Below are positions 27,476 to 37,917 of a stretch of 64,000 nucleotides of DNA, piece after piece; within the stretch, counting starts at the first letter, position 1, and every line of letters starts with the position of its first letter. The notes under the pieces are model-generated. The model was given only the letters and a program-made list of their open reading frames with translations. It was not told the DNA's origin and did no database searches. The translations under genes were made by a program, and so were the position numbers. Origin of the DNA: Sulfurimonas sp. (GTDB lineage: Bacteria > Campylobacterota > Campylobacteria > Campylobacterales > Sulfurimonadaceae); the NCBI GenBank assembly GCA_013791885.1, contig VMSZ01000010.1, positions 5,869 through 69,868 of the forward strand, in the 5' to 3' direction.

Positions 27476-27897
27476 TAATTAGCCTCATTTTCAGAGTTGA
27501 GCATTTTTGTATACAATTCATCACTCTCTTGAATATTTTTTCTTGAAGCAGGTTTTCTTGCAGCTATGTAACCAATAAGCTTTCCCTCTTCATCTTTTAT
27601 GGGTAAAATTTCAGTTTCTACCCAGTAGTATAAGCCGTCTTTCCTAAGGTTCTTTACAAGCCCGTTCCAAGCCTGCCCGCCTTGGATTGTAGACCACATC
27701 TTTTCAAAAGCAGCTTTTGGCATGTCTGGATGCCTGATAATATTATGTGGTTTACCGAGAAGTTCTTGCGCACTATAGCCAGAAATTTGACAAAACATTT
27801 TATTTGCATAAGTAATAACACCATGCAAATCCGTCTGGCTAATAATGACATTGCCATCAAACATATACTCTTCATTAATAGGTACTACTTTATCCAT
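27475..27897 (-). CDS. Stand-alone PAS domain protein
   Basis: 140 aa. TDLHGVITYANKMFCQISGYSAQELLGKPHNIIRHPDMP... PAS_3-type sequence, similar in kind to CetB/Aer-type energy sensors. Confidence 0.8.
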   Translation of the reverse strand: MDKVVPINEEYMFDGNVIISQTDLHGVITYANKMFCQISGYSAQELLGKPHNIIRHPDMPKAAFEKMWSTIQGGQAWNGLVKNLRKDGLYYWVETEILPIKDEEGKLIGYIAARKPASRKNIQESDELYTKMLNSENEAN

Positions 27898-27967
27898 AAA
27901 AAACCCTTATACTTTACTACTAAACTAGAATTCTCACAAATATAACATAAAGCTTTAAAAATAAAAC

Positions 27968-29770
27968 TTATTTGTAAAATTTTTTAATCACATTTGCATC
28001 TTTTGCATTTAAAACAGAACTTAAATCATCTAGAGTTGCTTTTTTTACGCATTCAAAAGTTCCAAAATGGCTGAGAAGTTTTTTTATTTTTGCCATTGAA
28101 ATACCATGCAAGGATAAAAGTTGACTCTCCTGATCAAGTTTGAGTTTCGTTTTTTTATGAAACGCAATGGCACTTCTGTGTGCTTCATCTCGGAGTTTTT
28201 GAACCCATTGAAGTCGTTTGTCGCTGTTTTTTAATTTAAACAGATTCTCTCTTGTATGTAAGATGTCGTTTGCCTTTCCTTTAGCCCGATGTGCTTTAGC
28301 ATCTACTTTTTCTTTGGCAATACCGATAAGATCTACAAAAACTCCATAAGAGCTTAAAATATCGTCTGCTAGCTTCAGAAGAGTTGCGCCTCCGTCAACT
28401 ATCCATAAGTCAGGCGGCGGATTTTTTGAAAAACTTTCAACTCTTCTGGTAAGCATTTCTCGCATCTGCCCATATTCATCTTTGGCTTGGAGGTGATATA
28501 TTCGGTAGCTTTTTTTGTCAAACGCAGCGTTTTCATAAACAACCATTGCCCCGACTGTAGCAACTCCCGACATATGGGAATTATCAAAAACTTCAACTCT
28601 AGATGGTGTGCGTTGCAGGGAAAAAAGTTCTTTAATTTCTTCAAGATTATCTTCATTTTTTTTATTTTTATCTTGCTTGAGAAGTTCTTTTGCGTTTAGA
28701 AGAGCCAAATCTATTAACTGTTTTTTTTCACCGCGTAGAGGTACTTTTATACTTGCGTTTTTTTCGAAAAGCGTACTTAAATGTTCTTGAATGAGTTGCA
28801 AATCTTCAAATTTTTTACTCACAAGTATAGGCGCAACAATAGGCGGGCGTTCATGTGCATAAAAATCAAGCAGTGCTCTTTGGTAAAGTTCATCTTCGTC
28901 AAAGCCGTCGTTTATTTGAATGAAGTTGTGAGTAGATGAGATAATCTTTCCATGTCTCATAAACATTCTTACTACAACAGCTCTTTTGTCACTCATTTCA
29001 ATGGCAAAAATATCATAATTTTCAAGCGTTGCAAAGTCAATATCGCTGTTGATTTCACTTTTTTGGATTCTTTGGATTCTGTCACGAAGCTCTGCTGCTT
29101 CTTCAAAACGCATCTCCTCAGCATAGAAGTTCATTTTTTCACTGAGCAATTTGGTGAGCATTGTTTTATTTTCTATCAGTTCGCCGGCGAGCTTTAATTC
29201 TTTGTTATATCTTTCTCTGCTTATTGAAAGTTCACACGGGCCAAGACATTTATTGATTTGATAGTAAAGACAGAGTTTTTTCGAGGAGAGGCAACTTTTT
29301 TTTTGGACGAGTTTGCATACTTCATAAATGGAATCCAAAATATCCCTTGCACCGATGGAATATGGGCCATAGTAGCTAATATCATGAGCTTTGATGATTT
29401 TTCTTGTAATCTCAAATCGTGGAAATTTTTGTGAATTGTCTAAAAATATATAAGGATATGTTTTATCATCACGAAGTAAAATGTTGTATTTTGGGTTGAG
29501 TTGTTTAATAAGTGAATTTTCTAAAATAAGAGCATCGTGTTCACTGTTTACGACAATATAGTTTAAAGAGTGTGCTTGTGAGATCATTTTATGGATTCGG
29601 ACTCCAAGTTTAGAGCTTGGCTGAAGCGAAGGAGTAAAGCTGAAGTAACTTCTGACTCTTTTTGAAAGATTTTTTGCTTTTCCTATATAGAGGAGATTGT
29701 TGTTCTCGTCAAAATATTGGTAAACGCCGGCAGACTGGGGAAGTTGCTGGATGCTATTGAGGAGTTTCAT
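27968..29770 (-). CDS. uvrC: Excinuclease ABC subunit C
   Basis: 600 aa. GIY-YIG N-terminus ([21 protein letters not shown]) and C-terminal HhH region. Confidence 0.93.
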   Translation of the reverse strand: MKLLNSIQQLPQSAGVYQYFDENNNLLYIGKAKNLSKRVRSYFSFTPSLQPSSKLGVRIHKMISQAHSLNYIVVNSEHDALILENSLIKQLNPKYNILLRDDKTYPYIFLDNSQKFPRFEITRKIIKAHDISYYGPYSIGARDILDSIYEVCKLVQKKSCLSSKKLCLYYQINKCLGPCELSISRERYNKELKLAGELIENKTMLTKLLSEKMNFYAEEMRFEEAAELRDRIQRIQKSEINSDIDFATLENYDIFAIEMSDKRAVVVRMFMRHGKIISSTHNFIQINDGFDEDELYQRALLDFYAHERPPIVAPILVSKKFEDLQLIQEHLSTLFEKNASIKVPLRGEKKQLIDLALLNAKELLKQDKNKKNEDNLEEIKELFSLQRTPSRVEVFDNSHMSGVATVGAMVVYENAAFDKKSYRIYHLQAKDEYGQMREMLTRRVESFSKNPPPDLWIVDGGATLLKLADDILSSYGVFVDLIGIAKEKVDAKAHRAKGKANDILHTRENLFKLKNSDKRLQWVQKLRDEAHRSAIAFHKKTKLKLDQESQLLSLHGISMAKIKKLLSHFGTFECVKKATLDDLSSVLNAKDANVIKKFYK

Positions 29771-30203
29771 TTTTCTCTTTTATAATCTGCTGAATAGTTC
29801 TAACGAGGGAATTTAAGCGGCTGTCCTTTATTTCTATTGAAAAGTTCCCGCTTGATCGTTCCTGATACTTTTGAACCTTCTGCGGAGGCGCTTGGACATC
29901 CTGAGTGGGTGTATGTGTAACAAATGCCTTTATATCTTTAATTGCAAGCTCTTCACACTCTTTTGGCGCATATAAATTTAAAGCCTTTTTAATATTTTGT
30001 ATACTATTATCGAATTCTTGTTTACCGGCATTGTGGTTTAAAACAAAAAATAGGGTGTCATTTTTTATATAAGAGAATTTTACAAATCTTTGAAATGTCG
30101 GCATAAACATTGATTCTATTTTTTTTATACATTTATATTTATTTAGTTTTGAGAATTGAGGTTTATTTTGAATAGAGTTAAGTATTTGCGCAGCATTTTT
30201 CAT
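29754..30203 (-). CDS. Hypothetical protein (possibly DUF721/DciA-like)
   Basis: 149 aa. Overlaps the uvrC start by 17 nt. The pattern [22 protein letters not shown] loosely resembles DUF721. The function call is weak. Confidence 0.45.
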   Translation of the reverse strand: MKNAAQILNSIQNKPQFSKLNKYKCIKKIESMFMPTFQRFVKFSYIKNDTLFFVLNHNAGKQEFDNSIQNIKKALNLYAPKECEELAIKDIKAFVTHTPTQDVQAPPQKVQKYQERSSGNFSIEIKDSRLNSLVRTIQQIIKEKNETPQ

Positions 30204-30368
30204 TTGGCAATTATAGCAATCTTTTTATTTGGTTTAAGCGGATGCGGTTATAAAGACGCTCCATTTTATACAAAAGAGTTACCGCAAAGTGATGAAAATA
30301 TAAATTTTATCATTCAAGAAAAACCTGAATTAAAGCCTGTGAACTGTGAGCAAAAAGATGCAATATGA
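30156..30368 (+). CDS. Small putative lipoprotein
   Basis: 70 aa. Lipobox FGLSG|CG. Start is either TTG 30156 or the in-frame TTG 30204. Overlaps the nadB start. Confidence 0.35.
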   Translation: MRFILNRVKYLRSIFHLAIIAIFLFGLSGCGYKDAPFYTKELPQSDENINFIIQEKPELKPVNCEQKDAI

Positions 30369-31806
30369 TGTAATTATAATAGGTGCAGGTGTCGCTGGTT
30401 TGTATGCAGCAAGTAAGTTGCCAAAAGATAAAAAAGTTCTTATTATTAATAAACGAGAGACTTTTAAATGCAACAGTTTTTATGCTCAGGGCGGTGTCGC
30501 GCTTGCGAGGGACACAGCAGATATTCCTTACCATATTAAAGACACTTTGGATGCAGGAGCAGGTCTTTGCAATAAAGAAGCGGTAGATATTTTAAGCAAA
30601 AGATCCAGAGAAGTAATAGACGATCTTATAAACAGCGGTTTTGAATTTGATAAAGATAAAGATGGGAATTTGCTTTATACAAAAGAAGCAGCACACTCCA
30701 CTGAAAGAATTCTTCATGCCGGAGGTGATGCAACCGGCCGCTATATGCATTTCTTTTTACTTGAGCAAAACAGACACGCTCTGCTCGCAGATGCACGGGT
30801 CGTAGATTTACTCATTAAAGATGGCGTTTGTTATGGTGTAACTGTTTTGGATCATAGAAAGTTAACGAACATTTATGCCAAAGATATTATTATCGCCAGC
30901 GGGGGAGTCGGTTCTTTGTATGAATACCATACAAATGCTCCATGTATCAGTGCAGATATGCAAGGTTTAAGTCTTATGAAAGGTATTGAACTTGAAAATA
31001 TGGAAATGATGCAATTTCATCCTACCGTATTTGTTAAAAGCGACGGTGCTCAAAAATTACTTTTAACCGAAGCTCTCAGAGGCGAAGGCGCCCACCTTGA
31101 AGATGAAGAGGGCAGAAGATTTTTGTTTGATTATGACCCAAGAGGGGAGCTTGCTTCTCGCGATATTGTGAGTAAATCTATTTATGATTATGTCAAAAAA
31201 ACAGGAACAAAAGTTTATCTCTCTTTTGATAATTTTGAGTTTGAATATTTTACGCAAAGATTTCCAAACATTTATAAAAATCTCAAAGCACTCGGCTATG
31301 ATGTTCCCTATCAAAGAGTTCCTATATCACCCGCATTTCATTATGCTATAGGCGGCATAAAAACAGATACCAAAGGAAGAGTCCCAAGTGTAAAAAATCT
31401 TTATGCTATCGGTGAAGTGGCTTCTACCGGAGTGCATGGAGCAAACAGACTTGCTTCAAACTCTCTTCTTGAAAACCTTGTTTTTGCACAAAATGCCGTA
31501 GAAGATATCTTAAGTAAAAATGATTCCAAAAAATTTGTGGAGTTTGATATTACGAATGAACTTATGAGTCATAAAGATGATAAAGAAATAAAAAACAGAT
31601 TACGTAAACTTATGTGGGAAAAAGTCTCAATTGTAAGAACCAAAAAAGGTTTAAACGAAGCATTGGAAGAAATTAATGCTCTTTTAAAAGAAAATATTGG
31701 TAAACTACTTCGATTCCGTTTATTGACAGCAAGAGAGATAGTTACTTCGGCTTTAGCCCGTGATACCTCTCTTGGTGTCCATACAATTTTAGAGGAGAAA
31801 GAATGA
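30358..31806 (+). CDS. nadB: L-aspartate oxidase
   Basis: FAD motif YDVIIIGAGVAGLYAA and HPTV / GGI..D motifs. The ATG at 30358 is preferred over the track GTG at 30346. Confidence 0.88.
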   Translation: MQYDVIIIGAGVAGLYAASKLPKDKKVLIINKRETFKCNSFYAQGGVALARDTADIPYHIKDTLDAGAGLCNKEAVDILSKRSREVIDDLINSGFEFDKDKDGNLLYTKEAAHSTERILHAGGDATGRYMHFFLLEQNRHALLADARVVDLLIKDGVCYGVTVLDHRKLTNIYAKDIIIASGGVGSLYEYHTNAPCISADMQGLSLMKGIELENMEMMQFHPTVFVKSDGAQKLLLTEALRGEGAHLEDEEGRRFLFDYDPRGELASRDIVSKSIYDYVKKTGTKVYLSFDNFEFEYFTQRFPNIYKNLKALGYDVPYQRVPISPAFHYAIGGIKTDTKGRVPSVKNLYAIGEVASTGVHGANRLASNSLLENLVFAQNAVEDILSKNDSKKFVEFDITNELMSHKDDKEIKNRLRKLMWEKVSIVRTKKGLNEALEEINALLKENIGKLLRFRLLTAREIVTSALARDTSLGVHTILEEKE

Positions 31807-33134
31807 CAGAAGCACAGGGGCTCGGAGCTCATGCAGTAGATTTGGCAGTAGAGCCATTTGGTTGGTTTTTATTTATAGTATTCGTAATCGGTTACTATTT
31901 TATTGCAGCAGAGGAAAAGTATCATATTAACAAAGCAAAACCGGCACTTTTTACCGGTACGTTTATGTTTATGCTTCTTGGTGGATACTATGCGTTTAAC
32001 GGATTGGATTTTAGTGCGTTTGACAATGAAATAGCACATCTTATTTTGGAGATTGCAGAAATTTTCTTCTTCTTATTTGTCGCCATGACGTTTATCGAGG
32101 CACTTATTGAAAGAAATGTTTTTGATGCCTTAAAAGAGAAGCTTTTAGGTGCCGGGTATGATTACAAAAAACTTTTTTGGGTTACCGGTCTCTTGGCCTT
32201 CTTCATCTCTCCGGTAGCGGACAACTTAACAACCGCGCTTATTCTGTCTACTGTTTTAGTAACGATTGAGAAAAATAATAAGGCTTTCTTGGTTCCTGCG
32301 GCACTGAGTATTGTTGTTGCGGCTAATGCAGGTGGTGCTTGGTCTCCATTTGGTGATATTACAACTTTGATGGCATGGTCTGCTGGAAAAGGTAACTTTA
32401 CAGACTTCTTATTTCTCTTCCCTGCATCTATTTTGGGCTGGATGGTGACAGCGTTCTTGCTAAGCCGTTTTGTACCTGAAGGAAAACCTGCAAAAGTTGA
32501 AAACGTAGAACCCGTACATATTCATAAAGGTGGTAAAGTCATCATCGCTCTTGGTGTATTTACAATTCTTGCGGCTGTTTTAGGGAAACAAATAATGCAT
32601 TTACCTCCAATGTGGGGAATGCTTTTTGGTCTTTCACTCTTGAAGCTGTATGCATACACACTCAAAAAGCAACATGATCACGATATTCAGATATATAAAT
32701 CTGTATCAAAAATAGAAAATGATACGCTTCTTTTCTTCTTTGGTATCTTGGCAGCTGTTGGTGCATTGCATTTTGCAGGGTTTTTAACTCATGCGGTAAA
32801 ACTTTATGAGATGTTTGATCCTACTTATGTTAATATCGGAGTCGGTTTCCTATCAGCTGTAGTAGATAACGTTCCGGTTATGTCGGCTGTTTTAAAATCT
32901 AATCCCAATATAGAGCTTTCTCAGTGGATGCTTGTTACTCTTACAGCTGGTGTAGGCGGTTCACTTATCGCTTTTGGTTCAGCAGCAGGTGTCGGTGTTA
33001 TGGGTAAACTTAAAGGTATTTATACCTTTGCTGCCCACATGAAACTTGCTTGGACTGTTCTTATAGGTTACTTTGTTTCCGTTGCAGTCTGGTATGTTCA
33101 GTTTGAAATGCTTGGTCTTTATATAAAACATTAA
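31803..33134 (+). CDS. NhaD/ArsB-superfamily Na+/H+ antiporter
   Basis: 443 aa polytopic membrane protein. ATGA overlap with nadB. The sequence pattern (VADNLTTALI, VVDNVPVM) resembles NhaD-type antiporters. Confidence 0.65.
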   Translation: MTEAQGLGAHAVDLAVEPFGWFLFIVFVIGYYFIAAEEKYHINKAKPALFTGTFMFMLLGGYYAFNGLDFSAFDNEIAHLILEIAEIFFFLFVAMTFIEALIERNVFDALKEKLLGAGYDYKKLFWVTGLLAFFISPVADNLTTALILSTVLVTIEKNNKAFLVPAALSIVVAANAGGAWSPFGDITTLMAWSAGKGNFTDFLFLFPASILGWMVTAFLLSRFVPEGKPAKVENVEPVHIHKGGKVIIALGVFTILAAVLGKQIMHLPPMWGMLFGLSLLKLYAYTLKKQHDHDIQIYKSVSKIENDTLLFFFGILAAVGALHFAGFLTHAVKLYEMFDPTYVNIGVGFLSAVVDNVPVMSAVLKSNPNIELSQWMLVTLTAGVGGSLIAFGSAAGVGVMGKLKGIYTFAAHMKLAWTVLIGYFVSVAVWYVQFEMLGLYIKH

Positions 33135-33230
33135 TCTAACTTATTGTATCCTTTCATATCTTGAAAGGGTGCAAACCCCTCAAAAAGCCTCTTTAGGCAC
33201 TTCAAATCACTTTTTATTAAAGGCATTTTT

Positions 33231-34781
33231 ATGACAAATGTTAGCATTATTGTTCTAGACTTTGGTTCTCAGTATACGCAACTTATTGCCCGCAGACTTC
33301 GCGAAGATAAAATCTATTGTGAAATTCTTCCTTATCACACACCAGTTGCAGATATACAAGCAAAAAATCCTAAAGGTGTTATCCTTAGCGGCGGACCATC
33401 TTCTGTTTATAACAAAGATGCTTATGAGGTAGACCAAGGTGTTTACACTATGGGAATTCCTGTTCTTGGTATTTGTTACGGTATGCAAAGAATTGCTGTG
33501 GATTTTGGCGGAAGTGTTGTGCGTTCAGACCATCATGAGTACGGAAAAGCAGAACTTACAGTTCTAAACGCAGGAGAGAATTGTTCTCCGCTTTTAAAGG
33601 ATTGTGATGATGGGCGTGTTGTATGGATGAGCCATAGTGACAGAGTTGATACTCTTCCAGAAGGCTTCACTCCAATAGCTGTCTCAGACAATTCTCCCTA
33701 TGCAGCAATTGCAAATGAAGAAAAGCGTGTTTATGCAATGCAATACCATCCAGAAGTTCAGCACTCAGAAGAGGGTTATTTGATGCTTAGAAACTTTGCA
33801 AAAAATATTTGTGGAGTAACTGAGAAGTGGAAAATGGAACACTTTTTAAAAGAGCAAATTAAAATGATTCGTGAAAAAGTAGGTACGGGAAAAGTTCTCT
33901 GTGGTCTAAGCGGAGGAGTAGACAGCTCTGTAGTTGCAGCTCTGCTTTATGAAGCAATCGGTGATCAGCTTATTCCTGTTTTTGTAGATAACGGTCTTTT
34001 AAGAAAAGGAGAGAGAGAACAGGTTGAAGAAGTTTTCAAAATCAACCTTAAAGTGCCTTTGGTAACAGTTGATGCAGTTGAAAACTTTTTAGGAAAACTT
34101 GCCGGCGTTTCTGATCCTGAAACGAAAAGAAAAATTATTGGGCATACATTTATAGAAGAGTTTGAAAAAGAAGCTAAAAAACATGACGGAATTAAGTTCT
34201 TGGCTCAGGGGACTCTTTATCCTGACGTTATAGAATCTATCTCAGTGAACGGTCCTTCTGAAGTTATTAAATCCCACCACAATGTTGGAGGATTGCCAGA
34301 CTGGATGGATTTTGAGTTAATTGAGCCGCTTCGTGAGCTTTTCAAAGATGAAGTGCGTAAAATTGGTTTAGAGCTCGGTCTTCCGGCATCAATGATTAAT
34401 CGTCATCCATTCCCTGGACCGGGTCTAGCAATTCGTATTATGGGCGATGTTAATAAGCCTGATTTAGCTATTTTACGTGAAGCAGATGTTATTTTACTCG
34501 ATGAGTTAAAAGCAAGCGGTTACTATGCTAAAACTTGGCAAGCATTTGCTGTTTTACTCAATGTAAAATCAGTGGGTGTTATGGGTGACAACCGTACATA
34601 CGACAACACTGTATGTGTAAGAGTTGTAGAAGCTGTTGATGGTATGACAGCGACGTTTGCACACTTGCCGCATACTCTTTTAGAAAGAATTTCTAGAAGA
34701 ATTATCAACGAAGTTGATGGAATTAACCGCGTTGTTTATGACATCAGTTCTAAGCCGCCGGCAACCATTGAATGGGAGTAG
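33231..34781 (+). CDS. guaA: GMP synthase (glutamine-hydrolysing)
   Basis: 516 aa. GATase ICYGMQ, ATP-PPase SGGVDSSV, C-terminal ATIEWE. Confidence 0.95.
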   Translation: MTNVSIIVLDFGSQYTQLIARRLREDKIYCEILPYHTPVADIQAKNPKGVILSGGPSSVYNKDAYEVDQGVYTMGIPVLGICYGMQRIAVDFGGSVVRSDHHEYGKAELTVLNAGENCSPLLKDCDDGRVVWMSHSDRVDTLPEGFTPIAVSDNSPYAAIANEEKRVYAMQYHPEVQHSEEGYLMLRNFAKNICGVTEKWKMEHFLKEQIKMIREKVGTGKVLCGLSGGVDSSVVAALLYEAIGDQLIPVFVDNGLLRKGEREQVEEVFKINLKVPLVTVDAVENFLGKLAGVSDPETKRKIIGHTFIEEFEKEAKKHDGIKFLAQGTLYPDVIESISVNGPSEVIKSHHNVGGLPDWMDFELIEPLRELFKDEVRKIGLELGLPASMINRHPFPGPGLAIRIMGDVNKPDLAILREADVILLDELKASGYYAKTWQAFAVLLNVKSVGVMGDNRTYDNTVCVRVVEAVDGMTATFAHLPHTLLERISRRIINEVDGINRVVYDISSKPPATIEWE

Positions 34782-34962
34782 AGATTTTTCTCTACACTCA
34801 AACACAGCCCCTCTATTCTTCTTTTTCATACAATCATAAATTTTATAACCAGGTCCTGAGTTTTGCAGCGATTGTATTCTAATGAATTTAACTCCGTATT
34901 AATAAATGTTTCATTACTATGTTAAATAAATACAAATATATTTTAATAATTTTAGGAAATAA

Positions 34963-37635
34963 ATGAAAAAAATTCACATATTGTTGCTGCTGTTTTTTAT
35001 TATAGGCAGTCTCGATGCATCGTATCTGCGGACAATTAGGGTAGGTTCTTTTTTGAGTGAGGGTGAGGCGAAGGAAGCTCTAGTTTCACTTGAAGAGTTT
35101 ATGGTTGCGCAGGAAAATGTAGTTAAATTACAAAAAGAACATAGATTTGAATATAGATATAGAAAATCCGGAGACTATTATATTACCCTTGTAGAACCGC
35201 TTACACAAAGAGAAGTTCTTCAAGAAGTTTTGGATACTTTAAGAAAAAACTATCCTGATGTTTATGTTACCAAGTTATCTTTAGACGAAGAAAAAAAATA
35301 TTTGGCGGAAACTGCAAAAAGTATTAAAACAGAAAAAACAGTTAAAAATGAAAAACCAGTAGTTGTTCAAAATGAAACTCTCAAAACGCAAGAGCAATTA
35401 GAAAATATTATAGAAAAGAAAAAAGTTGAGCATATGCCAGCAGATGCTGTAGAAGAGAATATATCTGAGGATACTAAGAATGTCTCTGCTAAAGAAGTTC
35501 TTTTTGAGCACTCAGATGCAGCTCAAGAGGATTTGAATCCAAGCTTTTGGACATCCGAATATATATTGGAAATACTTTTTATAGTTTCATTTTTAATTAA
35601 TATTTTGTTTTTTAGATTTTTATTTGTCTATAAAAGGGAACTTGAGTCTTTCACAACCCAAGAGATGATATATGAGGCAAAGATAGATAAACATAAACTT
35701 GAAATTCAAAATAAAGAAAAGCTTATTTATCAGGTTTCTCATGAACTCAGAACACCTATGACAGCAATAATGGGACTTTCTCACATTATTTTAAATACAG
35801 AGTTAAATAAATCTCAAAGAGATAATTTGAAAAGAATCGAGAGTTCAGCTGAGTATCTTCTTAGTATTTTAAATGATATTTTGGATATGTCAAAAATTCA
35901 AGCAGGTGAACTTAGGTTAGAAAATTTAGAGTTTAATATCAATGGTGTATTGGATAATGCGTTTAATACGATTGCCCTAGATGCAAAAAATAAAAAAATA
36001 GATATATCTATGAATATCGATAAAAATGTACCTTCACATATTATCGGTGATTCGCTGCGTTTAAGACAAATTTTAATAAATCTACTGGGTAATGGTGTTA
36101 AATTTACAAAAAAAGGAGGCGTCAGCCTCAAGATTAAAAAGGTATCAGAGAGTTTCAACAGTGTAAAACTTGAGTTTATTGTTGCTGATACTGGAATTGG
36201 TATGACTTCTTCTCAAATCGAGAATTTATTTAAATCATTTACACAAGCGGATATTTCGATAAGTCGAGAGTACGGCGGCACCGGCTTGGGACTTGCAATT
36301 TCAAAACAGCTTATTGACATGATGCACGGAGATATCAGGGTAGAGAGTAAAAAAGACAGCGGAACAAGTTTTATCTTTACTCTTGCCTTTAGTATAAAAG
36401 ATCCCAATAACAAACGTCAATACAGACTGCCATCAGCTAATTTAATGAAGAAAAGAGTTCTCTTGATTGAACCAGAAAATGAGAGAGCGATTACCATCAA
36501 AAACATGCTTGCTTATTTTCAATACAATACACATATTATTCCTTCTTTTGAAAAATCAGTAATGGACACAAGCATTGTTTTTGACATTGTTATTATTAAC
36601 GAGCTAAGTCTCAACAGATATGCAGTGGACAAAATTGAAGAATTGAGAAAGAAACATAATGTTAAAACAGTGCTTTTAACCGAACTTCATAGTGAAATGA
36701 ATAACAGTCTTATTAAAGATATTGAAATAGATAGCTATCTTCAAAGGCCTTTCAATCAGCAATCTATACTTAATATGATTGTTGATTTATATGGTATAAA
36801 AAATTTAGATGCTTTAAGCAAGAAAGCAATGGACAAAAATATTTTAAAAGTTGTCTCAGGTAAAAAAATATTAGTCGCTGAAGATAATAAAATAAATCAG
36901 AAAGTTATTGCCGGTTTACTCTTAGACACAGGGATAGAACTCTTTTTTGTTGATAACGGACAAGAAGCAGTAGAATTTTTAAAGCAGGATGCTTTGATAG
37001 ATTTGATTCTGATGGACATTAATATGCCGATTATGAATGGACATGAAGCAAGTAAAGAGATTAGAAAAAATATACAATATAATACGATTCCTATAATTGC
37101 GCTAACGGCAGATGTGATGGAAAAAGCTATTCAAGATGCGATGCTTTCTGGTATGCAAGGACACATATCCAAACCAATCATTGTAGATATTTTTTATAAA
37201 AAACTTCTTGACGTTTTAAACCAAGATCTCAAAAAAAACAAAGCTGTAGATGCAAAAAGTGTGAGTTTTATGCCAGAGAGCAAAAATGAATTTGAAGAGC
37301 TTTCGATATCTATTGGACTGGAGAGATGCAATAATGATAAAGATTTTTATAAATCATTGTTGGAAGAGTTTAAAAAGATGTATAAAAACTCTCCGGAACT
37401 TTTAAATTTGATGTACGTCGATGGTAATTTTCAAGAAGCCAGACGTATTGCAATGGACATCAAAGATGTTGCCTTAAATATAGGAGCATATAATCTTTGT
37501 GAAAGTGCTGCAGCTTTGGAATATGAGTTTGAAAAGGGTGCGCGAGGCAATGGGGATAAGCTTATTGACTTTTATGCAGATAATCTTGCAAAGCTATTTA
37601 AAGATATTGATAAATATATAGAAAAGTTTTGTTGA
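34963..37635 (+). CDS. Hybrid sensor histidine kinase with SPOR-like extracytoplasmic domain and His-less Hpt-like C-terminus
   Basis: 890 aa. Signal/TM1, SPOR-like region (IRVGSFLSEGEAKEAL...YYITLVEP), TM2, H-box SHELRTPMTAIMG, HATPase (GGTGLGLAIS), pseudo-receiver (DIVIINE), receiver (LILMDINMPIMNG), and a tail with AMDIKDVALNIGA. Confidence 0.8.
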   Translation: MKKIHILLLLFFIIGSLDASYLRTIRVGSFLSEGEAKEALVSLEEFMVAQENVVKLQKEHRFEYRYRKSGDYYITLVEPLTQREVLQEVLDTLRKNYPDVYVTKLSLDEEKKYLAETAKSIKTEKTVKNEKPVVVQNETLKTQEQLENIIEKKKVEHMPADAVEENISEDTKNVSAKEVLFEHSDAAQEDLNPSFWTSEYILEILFIVSFLINILFFRFLFVYKRELESFTTQEMIYEAKIDKHKLEIQNKEKLIYQVSHELRTPMTAIMGLSHIILNTELNKSQRDNLKRIESSAEYLLSILNDILDMSKIQAGELRLENLEFNINGVLDNAFNTIALDAKNKKIDISMNIDKNVPSHIIGDSLRLRQILINLLGNGVKFTKKGGVSLKIKKVSESFNSVKLEFIVADTGIGMTSSQIENLFKSFTQADISISREYGGTGLGLAISKQLIDMMHGDIRVESKKDSGTSFIFTLAFSIKDPNNKRQYRLPSANLMKKRVLLIEPENERAITIKNMLAYFQYNTHIIPSFEKSVMDTSIVFDIVIINELSLNRYAVDKIEELRKKHNVKTVLLTELHSEMNNSLIKDIEIDSYLQRPFNQQSILNMIVDLYGIKNLDALSKKAMDKNILKVVSGKKILVAEDNKINQKVIAGLLLDTGIELFFVDNGQEAVEFLKQDALIDLILMDINMPIMNGHEASKEIRKNIQYNTIPIIALTADVMEKAIQDAMLSGMQGHISKPIIVDIFYKKLLDVLNQDLKKNKAVDAKSVSFMPESKNEFEELSISIGLERCNNDKDFYKSLLEEFKKMYKNSPELLNLMYVDGNFQEARRIAMDIKDVALNIGAYNLCESAAALEYEFEKGARGNGDKLIDFYADNLAKLFKDIDKYIEKFC

Positions 37636-37699
37636 TGCTTTTTGCTTAAAGAATAGTCTCATATAAACACCAAGCTAAAATTAAATCAAGTATCTATTT

Positions 37700-37707
37700 T
37701 GTATAAT
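37700..37707 (+). promoter_or_regulatory. Extended -10 promoter (TGTATAAT) of the candidate ncRNA
   Basis: Perfect TGnTATAAT 6-7 nt upstream of the first base of the 14-bp closing helix. Confidence 0.55.
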
Positions 37708-37713
37708 AACATC

Positions 37714-37917
37714 AGCAATCTAGGTAGTTCGAGACATCGTATATATGAGGGTTCTACATATACAAACAGCGAACAAGTAGAACTTTTTGTGTGCCGGTAC
37801 TTTCGTTTGAGATACGTTTACTCTGTCGAGAAAATGCCGCCGTTAAAAAGTCTCGCTTCGCCCAATTACGGCTTTTAGAACCAAGCCAATTATGAGACGG
37901 CTATCTGGATTGCTTGA
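37714..37917 (+). ncRNA. ssrS: Candidate structured RNA, 6S RNA (ssrS)-like, upstream of purD
   Basis: 345-nt gap with no ORF. 14-bp closing helix 37714-37727/37901-37914. Inner helices 37750-56/37876-82, 37769-73/37857-61 and 37779-88/37845-53. About 12/14-nt central bubble. Own promoter and a downstream terminator. Confidence 0.5.
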
